NCBI GenBank assembly: GCA_028534125.1
Contig: CM052817.1
Span: forward strand, 85,996,001 to 86,060,000
Direction of reading: 5' to 3'
Origin: Lama glama
Taxonomy: Eukaryota
Length of the DNA: 64,000 nt
This document shows positions 24,435 through 37,458 of the stretch, piece after piece. The translations under genes and the position numbers were made by a program. The first letter of the stretch is position 1, and every line of letters begins with the position of its first letter. The notes under the pieces are model-generated. The model ran no database searches. It was given only the letters and a program-made list of their open reading frames with translations, and was not told the origin of the DNA.

Positions 24435-25214
24435 TATCAGAAATGTGTTGTACAATATGAGCTGAAATGACTCACGTTTCTAGAAGTTAGACATGGGTGG
24501 GTAAATGCATTTACCTGCTGCACATTTAAGTCTCTCTAGAGACATTGAAGGTAGGTGTTTCTCATATGACTCCTATTTTTAAAAAACTATCCATCAAGTC
24601 AGTGTTTTATAATCATTTTGCTGTCTCTTAATGTGTACTGTATTCATGCTGAAAGAAATCTTTATATTTCACTTGAGATTGTGATGTTCCTTTGCAGTTA
24701 AGATTTACCATTAACCTCAGGGATGTTATTTTTTGTTGTTACTGAGGGCAGACACAATTTATCTCTTAGTGGTCGAGTATGACTCGGGGCTGATCTATTT
24801 CTAGTCACAGTGTCCTTGGGGTTGGTGATAATTCCATCTGTACCATTACAAAGTCTTTAAATCTTCACATTCCAGGTTCTAGAACTATGTTACAGATGTC
24901 TTTACCTCATTACATGGGTACTGGGGGATTGTTTCATCTGGTGTACTTCGATACCGTGTGTACCTTAACAAGCAATCTGGCATAAGCCTTCTGTTTATAG
25001 CACAAAACACAGCATTGTTATATATCACGGGTACTGTTAATTACACTGCTACGCTAGGCATCATTAAACCTCACAATGCTCAAAGGCATGTCAGGAGGAT
25101 TTGTTTTTACTTAAGCTAAGCTGCTTTTAAGACTCAGAGTTAAATAAACAATCCATGTGACAACTGAGTATAGTACAATATATCATTTCTTTCCCAGCTT
25201 TGGTTAAGACTAAT

Positions 25215-25995
25215 CTGTTGGCAAGTTTAATTTTTTGGCCAAATTTAACCCACTCTTTCTAACCCTTTCCTCATAGTGTAAAAGGAATAGTCATCCTCTC
25301 TAATTCCTTGGATTGTTCTAAGGGCTAAATGAAGCATCACATCATGTAAAGTGTTTAGCAAAGGCTTGGCACATAAATCGGTGTTCAATTGCTGGTCTTC
25401 GTTATTCTATTTCAACTTGTAGTAGTGGAATAACTATCACAGAATGTGTAAGCTGATCAGGACCAAAATAGTTCAATATCAAAACAAGAATTTCTTGGTT
25501 ACTGAATGTGACAATTAAATTTCATCAAATTCAGATAAGAGCATTTGGATGTATTTTCTATTATTATTATATAACTAAAAGGAAATATCTGTCTGATTGT
25601 AATAAATTTATATTTGAGAGTGCAACCAAATTTAAATTTGATGAGTTTGAAAAAATAAGTTTTTTTTGTATATTAGTTAACGATGCTATCTTATGTTTTT
25701 CAGTGACACTGATTGTAATCAATATGATTTCCAAATGAGAGCCTGGAAATAAAAATAAAATGATCTTTTGTATTAATAGGAGTAGAACTGGTAGGGGTTT
25801 AGAGAGATCTCTAGAGATAGACTCACTGAGTTTGAATGCAGGTTCTCCCACATACTAACTTGATAATTTTCAACAAGTTGTAAATTTTGCCTTATTTTCT
25901 CATGTATAAATGGGGATCTAAAAAACAGTACTTCCACTGAAGTTTACTGTGAAGGTTATGTAAGTTAATATAGAACATTCTTAGCATTTAGTAAG
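25215..25995 (+). mobile_element. Two MIR SINEs (about 25215-25390 and 25790-25995)
   Basis: tgtaaagtgtttagcaaaggcttggcacata; ttctcatgtataaatgggga...actgtgaaggttatgtaagttaat. Confidence 0.7.
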
Positions 25996-28378
25996 AATCA
26001 TGGTTTTAGTTGTCTGTTATAGCAAAGGGGCACGAAATTTAATATCTTAAGTCAACAACAGTTTATTATTTTTCATTATCTGTGATTCTCTTCTGGTTTC
26101 CTCTTATGTAGCTGATTGGGTGGATGAGAAGATCTAAGATGACCTTATTCCACAAGTACGCTGGTTGTCATTAGCTATGAGCTAAGTCACTTCAGACCTT
26201 CTCCAGGCAGCCTTTTATCCTTCCATGCTGTAGGCTATTATAGTTAAGAACTCTGTCTACATTCATTCAATCCAGTGTTTTCCAATAATGTTAGCTGGCA
26301 AAATACTGTGGGTTTTTTTTTAAGTTATTGCACAATTCCTATCAATAACCTTACAAAACTAGAGAACTAACAAATTTTTTTTTACATTTTTGGTAACAAT
26401 GATTTAGTCCAACATATTTTTGTTTGTTTGTTTGTTTCACACAAATATGAAAACAAAACCAAAAACCAAACAGAACAAAACAAACAAGCAATCAAAAAAA
26501 CACTGCTAGACCAAAGGGGTAAATAAACCATGCCAAATCTCATAGGCATTGTTTGAGTCTGGCTTACAAACTGTACTTCTAACATGCAATCAGATACCCC
26601 TTGCCCATTCTGTTTGTTATTAATGGCAGGTGAGTAATATGTGAGTTTAATGCTCTAGTTTTAGATAGACTAACAGGGCATGGATGTATTTTAGACTAAG
26701 AATAGAAATAATGATTTAGTCGTTACAAAACATTTGTATAAAAATAAAAGAGTGATATTATAAGCACTCTTGCATAAAAGTCTGTTACATTTAAGTTAAT
26801 ATTTTTAAATCAAGTTCCACTTCAGTTAAAAATTTTAAATTTTCTCTTTGCTTACACAATATTAGAAAATTCGAACTCACAAAGATAGGGTTTGCAGAGT
26901 AAATGCAAGTGTTTGCTATCTGTGGCATAGAGCTTTGTAAGTTTAGGTAGTATAAGTTCCAGACATTAGGGAGCCTTCTAACTGGAAAAGCAAACTAAAA
27001 CATCAAAACAGAAAATTACTCTTAGCCTTCCATAAGAAAATGTCATATACCACATTAAAAAGGTGCACGTTCTTTTCATTTCTTATAAAATCTCAGGATT
27101 CCTAGATATAATTTATCCTGTATCGCTGTCCTAGGTATGTGGTCCCTAGACTCCTAGTCCTCTTTACATCATTCTCTTTCCAGAATATGCTACGCAGTGC
27201 CTCACTCTCAAACTGCAGCACATTTTACACTCTAGAGCATAAGTGGTCATGTAGTTAATAGCTAAATAGTTTATCTAAAGAAAGGAATTCATAAGGTGAA
27301 CTGGGTAAGTAATTTTGTTATTATAAATACCATGGAAAAGGGGAGAGAGAGAGAAAAGATCCTCAGGTAAAATTGAGTTTGACTCAATCTTGAAAAACTT
27401 GTAAGTATGAGAATGACTTTTTCAATTATATCTTGATTAACTATAACTCAATGTATCATTCATTCATCTGGTATAATGTAATATTCATTCAATAACTATG
27501 TCCTATGTATAGGCATAGTGCTAAATGCAGAGGTAATTATTCTTGCAATAAAACAGTTAACAGTCTACCAAAACTTCCAGGAAAAATTTTTTAACTGAGG
27601 ATATTAGTTAAATTATCAAACATTTCAGATAAGTTATAAAAAAGCTGAAAGAAGCCCTTTTAAAATAAGTCCAGTATTGTTATTAAATGTAAGACATATT
27701 GGGCAATACCTGCCTTACACAGTATTAAAGTAGTAACTTCATTAATGTTGACTGAGTAAAAAATTAGAATAGTCATAGAAGAAAAGATATTCTTCTGATT
27801 TTCAATTTGAAAATAAAAAATTATATTGATGATATCAAAGTAGTATTTATAAATACACTAATTTATAAATACATTATTGAGGAAAAATTTTAAATTATTT
27901 ATTCTATGTGTGCTAGAATACATTTTACACTTGAGGTGAGATAACTATGAATTCTAAACATGACCACTCTTGCCTTAATAGAAAAAAATGTAAGCTTTTT
28001 GTGTGTGTGTGTGTAAAATGTAAAAGTAAGTTGCTTTGTGAATTTAACATTGGCAAAGTAATATCTTCTACTGTGTGAAAACAAAAATATTGATGTTCAA
28101 AGGAATAGACATCAAAATAATTACATAAAACACTTTCACACTTATAGTACTCCATCTTTAACAAGGAAATGATATTAGAAAATGTATATCATTACATTAA
28201 AATGGATTGGAGCATATGTAAATAATTTGGATAGAAATGATAAAGCAGCTATTAAGACCTATATGAAGACATCTTGATTTTTAAATTTAAAAAATAGCAA
28301 AATTATTATGAAATATGTATTTTCTTTATCATAATTTAGAATAAGTTAGCTGTACATTCAAAAAACTCTTAAGCCTCT

Positions 28379-29038
28379 TGTACCAAGCAGGACCCTATGG
28401 GGCCTTCCTGAGACAACCACCACTCCCCCAGTGTCCTTCACCTGTCTCTTGTTTGTCGAAAAGTTTTAGTCTCCTAGGACTTCCCTGAGTCACAGAAGTT
28501 GGGCTCAAGAGTGAATAATTGGAAGAATGTAAACGTAACAAAAGAAAAGCAGTTGGGCCAGGAAAATTGGTAACAATGGAAAACAACAAATTGGCCGGAT
28601 AGCAGAGTCACAAAATCTCTAGTTCCTCCATGAAGGACATAGATAACAGTGTCTGATGCACATTCCTGAGTCATTTTATAGATACCAAAACCCCCACCAG
28701 ATGGATGAAGCTAACTGCATGATGTCCATGAACACACAGCCCCCAGATCAGCTGGAGTCTGAGGACTGATGACGCTAATCCCTGCGGCATCAGTCTGTTA
28801 CCTCACAATCAACCAGTCAGAGAATTATGCACCAGCTGATGATACACACTGAGACTCTCTCCCTCATTCTGCCTTTAAAAACTCTTCCCTGAAATCCATC
28901 AGGGAATTTGGGTATTTTGAGCATTAGCTATTTGTACTCCTTACTGGTACCTGCAATAAATGCTGCACTTTTTCCTTCATCACAACCTGGTGTCAGTAGA
29001 TTGGGTTTACCGGCAAACACAAGATTGGTTTGGTGACA
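28379..29038 (+). mobile_element. ERV1 solo LTR (artiodactyl MER41-like)
   Basis: TG...CA ends, TSD ctct/cttt, cctttaaaaa TATA-like box, AATAAA near 28955, aaccagtcagagaattatgcaccagctgat core. Confidence 0.85.
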
Positions 29039-29224
29039 CTTTTACTCATTGTATTTCAGTCATATTAAAAAAAAAAATTTAGTAGGTGGTTAAAGATTAT
29101 TCCTATTTATTCAATAACAATCCAAGAAATGCAAAAGGTGTAGAATATGATAACTAAGTATAGAATATTGAATGACTGTATTATGCCCGTTTATGTATTA
29201 AACATATATATATATGTTTAACAT

Positions 29225-30215
29225 TTTTCACAATAGACTTTAACTTTAGGAACAGGTTTAGATATACTGAAGAACTGAGGCAACAGTACCCATATATCTT
29301 ACGTTTAATTTCTCTATTAATATTAACATTAATAAGGTTATACATTAATAGGGTATACTTACTACAATTAATAACTCAATACTGACACATTATTACTAAC
29401 TGAAACCCATTGTTCATTCAGATTTTCTTAGACTTTATCCAATATCTTATTTCTGCTCTAGGATGCCACCTGGGACGCCACATTTTCTTTAGTTGCCATG
29501 TCTTTTTGGATCCTCTTAGCTCTGACAATTCCTCAGATATTTCTGGTTTTTGATGACCTTAACAATTCTGAGGAGTATTGGGTCACTGAATTTATAGGGT
29601 CCTCCTCCACTGAATTTGTCTCATGTTTTTCACAAACACAACAAAGATCTCGGCCTAAGCACTGAAGCCAAAGAGAGAAAACCTCTATTCAGGATCCATT
29701 ATGCTTACAAGACGGCAATGGAAACATAAAACCTATCATCCAAACTGTTCCTTTGTGCCACTTTGCACTGAATCCCCTTTCCATGTCTTGAACAATGGCA
29801 ACCCCTAGTGTACTTTACATCACTGTAGTTTTTCTTTTTTCTACAAATTTCACTTAACAGAAACTGTATGTGTAATAGATAATATATGTAGCCAAAATTT
29901 CTTGATTCCTGCACTTAGCATAACGCTTTGGCAATGCCTCCATGTTGTTCTATCTGGTAGTAGTTAATTTCTTTCCATTGCTAGTAATGCCCCATTGACG
30001 AGAGGCACCACAATTAATTTTCCATTAGGGCTCATCAGGGTAATGTTCAGATTTTTGTCTGAACATCTGAATACAAGTTTTTGTGTGGACATATGTTTTC
30101 ATTTCTCTTGTGTGACTATCTGAATGTAGAACGCACAGACTGAACAGTAGGAATATATTTAACTGTGTAAGAGCCTGCTGACTCCTTTCCAATGTGATGT
30201 TATCCCACTCTTTCA
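29225..30215 (-). mobile_element. L1MC/L1M 3' fragments
   Basis: actgacacattattactaactgaaaccca..ttcattcagatttt; acaagtttttgtgtggacatatgttttcatttctcttg. Confidence 0.85.
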
Positions 30216-30838
30216 ACAGAGATGCTAAAATATGGAAACATACTGGCTTTTCCAGCATATGAGATCAAGCAGTAGCACCTTATACTAGTTTTCATATAAC
30301 TCATGTCTGAGGACTAAGGTTCCAATAAGTAGAATATATTTTCGTATTCTATATGTATGATTAATTTACACAATATGTTCAAAATCAGTGTGAGACTTAA
30401 TTGTCTTCTTTTAAAAAATATCACCCCATCCTTTTTCATATATATATATCTCCATATTTTATCGAGGCAATATCATTAATATATTTTGTCTCTCTGCTTA
30501 TAATGATTGTGACTTATTGATAAATCAAGGGGAGTGCTGAGATTTGACCTTATAGGATCTGTTGTGCATTTTGAGACGTTATTAGGGAGAACCTTAGAGA
30601 TTCAAAGGAAAGTGCTCTCAGAGAGAGGAGTGTTCTTAAAAACTATGAATCATTTGTATAGTAATTATAAGATCATCCATGAAGTTACTGGCTTTATTCA
30701 CATTATGATAAGCCAATTAAGCATTGTTTAGGGATCATAATATGTAAATTAAAATTGTACTCAATAGTGTTCTATGTCAGATGTCACTTATTGTAGTTCA
30801 TTATATTCTAAATTTTGAAAAAAAAATATAGTTGGCCT

Positions 30839-31203
30839 TGTAAAAATAAGCAGCAACCTCAATTAAAATAGAGTTGGGCGGTCAGAAAGGAGAGTTCTTA
30901 GGCCTTACGGCGGTAGCGGAGCCCAGCGGGAGGGCGAAAGACTTCTTGCCCAGCCAGAGCTCAGACAACGCGATGGTCACAACTAGGCCAGTGAAAAACC
31001 ACTATATTTGAACCCTCAATTCTTCCAGCAGACTTTCTGTGTGCTAGATCCCTTCCATCTTTCTCTTCCTCTCTTTGAAAGAGTTCTCTGCTTGCACATG
31101 GTTCACCATGGTTGCAGACCCCAAATAACAACTCTCTGCTAATCCCTAATAAACCCATTCTGGCTAGAAAAATAACTGGCAGTCTTTTTGTGTAAGGTCA
31201 ACA
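30839..31203 (+). repeat. 5' LTR (365 bp)
   Basis: tgtaaaaata...ggtcaaca; AATAAA at 31148-31153; aligns with the 3' LTR. Confidence 0.95.
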
Positions 31204-31732
31204 TTTTGCGATCCGGAGAAGACGCCTGACAACTCTGAGGCTGGTGAGCAAACAGGTGCGGACCCACATCGAGCCCACTACTGTAACAGCTTTTCCTGCC
31301 GACCCTGGCGTTTGAGAGAAAGTCTTTCTCTGGATCAGAACCCCCCACCTCTTTGCATTTCGAAGCTCCCAGGTTATAGTCAGGTCTGTTTTAAGGCTCT
31401 GCCATTTCTTTTTCTGTATGTGAGTCCTTGGTTGGCCCTTCAGTCGGTATTGTTCCAACTGAAAGTGTCTAGACTTCAGCCTGGTTTCTTTTGGAGCAGG
31501 GGCTGTTCAAGCATCAGCCTGACTCCATGGAAACTAGGTTGTTGCATTAGAGCTGTGCTGGGCGGCCTTTGGCTTGGCTTCTCTGGACTAGACCGTTCCC
31601 TCAGAACTGGCTGGTAATGGGCCTGCAGGCTCTTTGAGCTGTCTAAGCTGTTTGAACTGTTCAAGCTGCCTGAGCTATTTAGACTGTTTGAAAATCATTC
31701 TTTTACTCTAGGACAAAAAAAGACTCTGAGAA

Positions 31733-33130
31733 ATGGGATCCCGGTTATGTAAATATTTTGACACCCCACCCCACAACTCTGACACACAGGAACCCCAGCC
31801 AATTTTATGGTTTAAAACCACAGTTCTTCCTCATGTTCCTTTCTAACTAAATGGACGAATTGACCCAAAGGCAATTTAGAACAACAATGGTCATTATGGG
31901 AACTTCTGAATTCCCTAAACTAAGTTTTCTTAAAACCTGATTGGACAGCCGTAGCTTAAAAATTTCCAGAACTGAGTAAAATGCTATTTTGATTAGTATT
32001 TTGAGGTTTTCAAATATTATCAGGACCCTAACACTACCTCTCTGCCAAATACGGTTTTAAGATGGACAGAGACAAACAAATGATTAAAGACAGAGAAGAT
32101 GGATTCCATGGCCTCATGCTCCTCGTGCTCTCCGTGCTCCCCGTGCTCCTCGTGCTCAGGCCTTGGCTCTGGCAGCATCCTCCTCCTCCATTCTACACCA
32201 GCTACAACTCCTCCATACTCTCAGGTTTCCCATACTAATTATCTAGCTAAATTTCCCTATTTCCCTGAAATTCTCCCCACTCCCCTTTTTTTTTTCTGGA
32301 CTTGTCAGAATCCGTCCCTTCAAAATTAAGCTTTCTGAGGATCCAGAGGCTTAACTCTTTAATTCTTATATTTCCTGGACTAGAACTGAATGGCAACCCA
32401 CAGTCAAAGTTTTTCCCAAAGTAACCAAAGACCTTCAGAGAATTTTATGAGGAATTTAGTAATAGTCATTTAGACTTATCAACCTGGTTGCTCTAATTTG
32501 GATCGTCTAGGTCATATGGTTGTCAGTGAAGGCCAGGCCCAACCTGGACAAAAAGAGATAACTGAGAAAATTCTCAAAGGTCTCCAGAATTACAACCAGA
32601 CCATTCTTCTAACTTCCCATATGATCAGGCTTGGGCAATCACTAGGCAACTTCATTTAGCAACTCTTAGGGCTTTTCCAAAGCTTGTTATTTGGAACACA
32701 ATTCAAGCTTGCACACGAAAACTTAATGAACCTGTTCTTAACTATTAAAATTGACCTCAGATTATTTTCAAGGAAAATTCTGGTCTTCATTCAGATGTTG
32801 ATTCCACCTCGGTAGCTTCTAACTCTATGCTTATTAATGGGCCTTTCTTTTTTTATAAAAAAGGCCAGGATGGAATAAGAAACTGTATCTACTCCATATT
32901 TAGTTAATTCTGCAAACCTCTAATTCTAGATGAACCACCTCAAAGGAAGAACACCAAAATTCTTAATCTTCAGCTCCAGTAAATGAAGGCCCCTGATGGA
33001 AACCAAAATCCTTCTTGTTTCTGCTATTATTGCAAAGAGCCAGGACATCAGAAAAGACACTGTTTACAAAGTCAAGCCCTTTAGGTACATTCAGTTGTCT
33101 AATCAGCCTTTCCAATGTCCTCCCAGTTCT
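31733..33130 (+). pseudogene. gag: gag, disrupted
   Basis: MGS start at 31733; GTPANFM..FLTKWTNLT; TPPY late-domain relic; capsid-like TYQPG..HMVVSEGQA; intact zinc knuckle CYYCKEPGHQKRHC at 33022-33063. Confidence 0.9.
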
Positions 33131-33139
33131 CAATGATGA

Positions 33140-33966
33140 GGATCCAGGGAACTACAGAATCTCTACCCAGTCTTCCCTCTGTATCATCTTGGAGAAACCT
33201 TTACAGATGAATCTTTTCTAGTCCTAATTGATACTTTCAGTGTGCAACCTTGCTACAATGAAGCAGCCACCCTTTAAGCACTGCTTTGGGTACTTAAACA
33301 GTTCAAATAGTGGGGATCACAAACTTCAAAATGTTTCTGTCTCTGAGCATATTTCCTTTTGTTTAGGCCTTCTGAGAGCTAAACACCTTATTCTCCTTAC
33401 TTCCTTGGCCCCTAACCATTTATTAGGTTAAGACTTCTCAGAGAAGTATTATACCAAAATTTCTTTCTTCCAAAAGGGGGAAACCATTCTAGAATTTGAC
33501 AGTAGCTGTAAAAGCAGCCAGCCAGATGATTTAAATAACTCTGATATCTTTTATTTGTCAGTCTCTGAGGATACTGGTCCTAAAGTTGATTCTGAAAACA
33601 CTGATCATTTGTCCCTATTGAATCAGCTACCACCTTCTTTTGGGCAAAATCTCCAACTGATACTGGTAAAATTCACAGCACACCTCTCATCAAGATTCTA
33701 ATACATTCCTCAGAATCTCTTTTTCAGAATTAATCAATACTTTATAAGTAAAGAAGCCCTTCAAGGTATAAAACCAATAATAGAAGATTACAAGTCTTAA
33801 GGTTTCATTAGCATTTGTACTTGTCCCTGTAACTCTCTCATTTTACCTGTGAGAAGATCTAAGAGCCAAGAGTGGAGGTTTGTCCACCTTGTTGCTCCTA
33901 ACCCTCATACATTACTAACATCCATTTCCACCAGAAGTAAATTCTCTACTGTAATTGACTTATGCA

Positions 33967-34004
<38 letters not shown>

Positions 34005-36118
34005 TATTCCAATTGGTAAAGATTGCCAATAGCTTCCGTCTTCACTCGGGAATAAAACAATTCACCTGGACACAAAACCTCAGTCTTACTTCTCACAAAT
34101 TCTAAACGCTGACTTGGATGACACAAAGTTTCCTCTGTTGAGACATGTGGATGATCTGCTTCCTTGTTCTCCTTCTCAAGTCTCCTCACTGGAAGACAAC
34201 ATGCACTTGCTAAAGCTTTTAACCTTAAACATAAGATCACCAAAGAAAAATTGCAGTCTGTCCAAACCCACATTCAATATTTATGGCATCTGATATAAAA
34301 AAAAATTATACCTAGATCCAAATAGACTTCACGGAGTCCTCAGTTTCCCCAAATCCAAAACTAGAGACAGCAGTAGGGTCTTCTTGGGCTAGTTGGTCAC
34401 TGCTTAAATTGGATTTCAAATTTCTCTTTTGTGGCCAAACCTCTGTATTGCACGCAATAATAACAACACTGACTCAATTTCATCAGAAGAACAGGATGAT
34501 ACAGTCTTCAAAGCTTAAAGGAGAGTTGATGAATCCACCTGCCTTGGGTATCCTAATGATCAGATTCCCTTTTTCCTTTGCATATTTGAAAAGAAAGGGA
34601 ATGCCCTGAGGATACTGACCACAAAATACGGGGGCCACCATCACCCATAGAGTGTTATTTCCAGAAACTGGACCCTGGGACTCCTATTCCTTGAAAGCCA
34701 TTACTGAGACTACCCGTTGATTAAGGCTACTAAGAAACTGTGGAATCACTTTAACCATGTTTTATATCTCGAGCTGTGAAAGCCCTCTTGAATTCTCACT
34801 ACACTCAACATTTCTCAGTCAGCCATCTCACCTCCTGTGAAGTCCTTTAGGTCACTGCCCCTCATGACTCTAATGCTGCAATAACCTTAAACCAGTTACT
34901 CCTCTTCCCTTTATCTTTGACAAAGTTTTTCATGCTGCTAACACTGACAGGTCATCTTCTGACTCTCAGCAATAATCTGCAGAAAATTCTTTAGGGTAAC
35001 ACTGACTTCTCATGGTTCACTGACGGTTCTTATTCAAAAGATGGCAAAGGCAAATAATATGCTGGGTTTGCTACTGCAACTCTTTTTGAAGTTGTTGAGA
35101 CAACATCTTTAGCCATGGTTACTTCAACCCAACAGACTGAACATATGCTCTTACATGGCTTGTACTTTAGCCAAGGACAAAACTGCCAATATTTATACTG
35201 ATGGTGTATATGCTTTTTAAGTAGCTCATGAGTTTGGAGTGTTGTGGAGTAACATGGCTTTCTTATTTCTAGCAGAAAACAAATAAAAATTTTTAAATTG
35301 TCCCATGTTCAGGGATTATTGGATGCAATAAAATAAATAATAAAGCTACTGCTTTAGTTATTATTAAGATTCCAAGGAATCCTAAACTTGACATTGTGAC
35401 AGCTAAGGGAAGGTATTGACATTTCCATGAAAAGTGTTGCCCTTAAAGAAAACAACAGGAGCCAAACCTCAGTCATAGCCTAAACAAATATTTCCTCAAA
35501 TGATAACTTGAAAAAAATGACTACAGAAGCCTGACAATTGGAAAAAACAAGATTGGAAATTCAACAATCGTTGTATCAATAAAAAGAGAAAGCTCTGTTT
35601 CAGACCAAATAACAACACTGTCCTACCAGAGACCCTAAAATCCCCACTCCTCACCACTGTACATGCATTAAGATGGGTCTGTTGACAACATGATAGCATT
35701 CATGAGTCACTAGTGGTGGGGAGACATTAAAAAGGCCACCAAAGTACCTACTTCACTTTCCCATTTCTCCAAAATACAACCCAGAGAAGCCTGTTTGTAC
35801 TGCTTCTAGATATTTTAAACTGCATGGTGGACTATTTGAGGTCTGGCAACTGGATTTCATACAACTTCTTTCATCTCGTGGATATAAATATGTTTTAGGT
35901 ATGGTCTGTATGTTTTCACACTAGACTGAATCCTTTTTTATAGACAGGAGAGACTGTCTCTTCTGTGGCTAAAGCTCTTTCAGAAAAGATTATCCTGACA
36001 TGAGGAACTCCAATCAAACTTCATAGTGATGGAGTAACCCATTTTAATTGTTCAGCTACTTCAATAAGTCTGTACTGTTGGACCAGTTTTACAACACTTT
36101 CATTGCACTTCCCACCCT
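33140..36118 (+). pseudogene. pol: pro-pol, disrupted, integrase 3'-truncated
   Basis: VLIDT at 33221; SKEALQGIKPIIEDYK, WRFV, TVIDLCSAF; HVDD at 34144-34155 (from YVDD); RNase H WFTDGS and NIYTDG; integrase VWQLDFIQL at 35841 and LHSDGVTHF. Confidence 0.93.
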
Positions 36119-36475
36119 GAAAGTACAGATTTTCTAGAATTCAAGCAGATGACATCTGATGAGATAGCCTTTCCAAGAAATCTGGACCAGGTTTGCTGGA
36201 AGTTTGTCTGCCAAACCTTTGAGGATGACATACCCTTTAGATGAGCTCCAATGTCTGTGTTCTTGATAATCTATGGACATTAGATAAAATATGTCTGAGA
36301 ATTTTCCCTCCTACCTCTCCTTGTTACTCAAGTGTGACCTTAATAGGTTTCCAGTATGTGCACTTTCCCTCTGATGTGGGACATAACAACAAGGAAAAGT
36401 CCTTCCTGGAATTGAGGAACAGAGAGCCATTGAAATCTGAAAAGCTGACCATTGATTAATGATTCTTTTTTGATC

Positions 36476-36487
36476 AAAAGGGAGAAA
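36476..36487 (+). other. Polypurine tract AAAAGGGAGAAA
   Basis: Immediately precedes the TG of the 3' LTR. Confidence 0.9.
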
Positions 36488-36852
36488 TGTAAAAAAATAA
36501 TAAACATAATCTTTAATTTATATTGAGTTAGGAGGCCAGAAGGGGGAGTTTTTAGTCCTTATGGCAATAGCAGAGCCCAACAGGAAAAGACTTCCCCTTT
36601 TTGCCTTTCAATAACTCAGCCAATGAAAAACCACTATTTTTCAAATTCTCAATTCCTCTGATGCACACTCTTTTATCTACCATAGCTCTCTAAACTTCAT
36701 TTTCCCCTGATTAAAAGTTCCCTTCTCCTTGCTGTGTGGGGACTTGCACATGGCTTGCCATGGATGCAGACCCTAAGTTGCAATTCTCTGATGATTTTGA
36801 ATAAAGCCATTTTTCCTGAAGAAATAACTAGTCTATTTGCTTAAAGTCAACA
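36488..36852 (+). repeat. 3' LTR (365 bp)
   Basis: tgtaaaaaaa...agtcaaca; CCAAT in U3; AATAAA at 36800-36805. Confidence 0.95.
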
Positions 36853-37458
36853 GCCTAAAATATAATATATCTTCTAAAATTTCCACTATTCTCAAAATAG
36901 TGAAATAATGAAGGGGCATGAATAACATACAATTTTAGAAGATGTTGTATTTGAAAGCTACCTATCAAATTTGTACAACTATAATTATTGCTAAATAAGA
37001 GAATTTATTAAAATTAAGCATGTGAATTCTGATGTTTTAGGCACAACAAACTTGAACGTTTGAAACTCAGTTTGTCATGGTGATATCCGTGAATATAATT
37101 AGTCCTAATGAACCGAAGAGTTCCAAGAGATACTAGAAGAACTCTGCCACTCTAATCACTGTTCAATAGTTACTACCCTAGGATTTGTTATGTTTTGCAA
37201 TGACAACTGGCCATTTAGTAACAGAAAACAGGCATTGAACAGTTATTCATTATTATACTGGCAGAAAAATAAGTCAGTGTGTGTCATCAAACAGCTTGGC
37301 CATTCACATTTATCTTCATGTTCTAAGTTAAACGTGATTCCATCAATAAATATATTATTAAGTTGCCATATAATCATGGCAAGTTTGAGGGAAGAGTTAG
37401 AGAAAATTAAGCTGGTAAGATTCTGTTTCTAAGCCCATATAAGAAAGCCCATGGATAC

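Larger units (their letters stand above)
30839..36852 (+). mobile_element. Env-less class I (ERV1) provirus, 6014 bp, coding regions decayed
   Basis: Paired TG...CA LTRs, 4-bp TSD GCCT (30835-30838 and 36853-36856), polypurine tract, gag-pro-RT-RNaseH-IN motifs in order. Confidence 0.96.

Noticed and set aside
31633..32157. Short periodic repeats as a CRISPR-like array
   Set aside because: Contiguous 9-bp units with no spacers, in a mammalian ERV context.
36118..36475. Possible env or syncytin-like gene in the provirus
   Set aside because: Only about 350 bp lies between the truncated integrase and the PPT; no furin site, immunosuppressive domain, CX6CC or long ORF.
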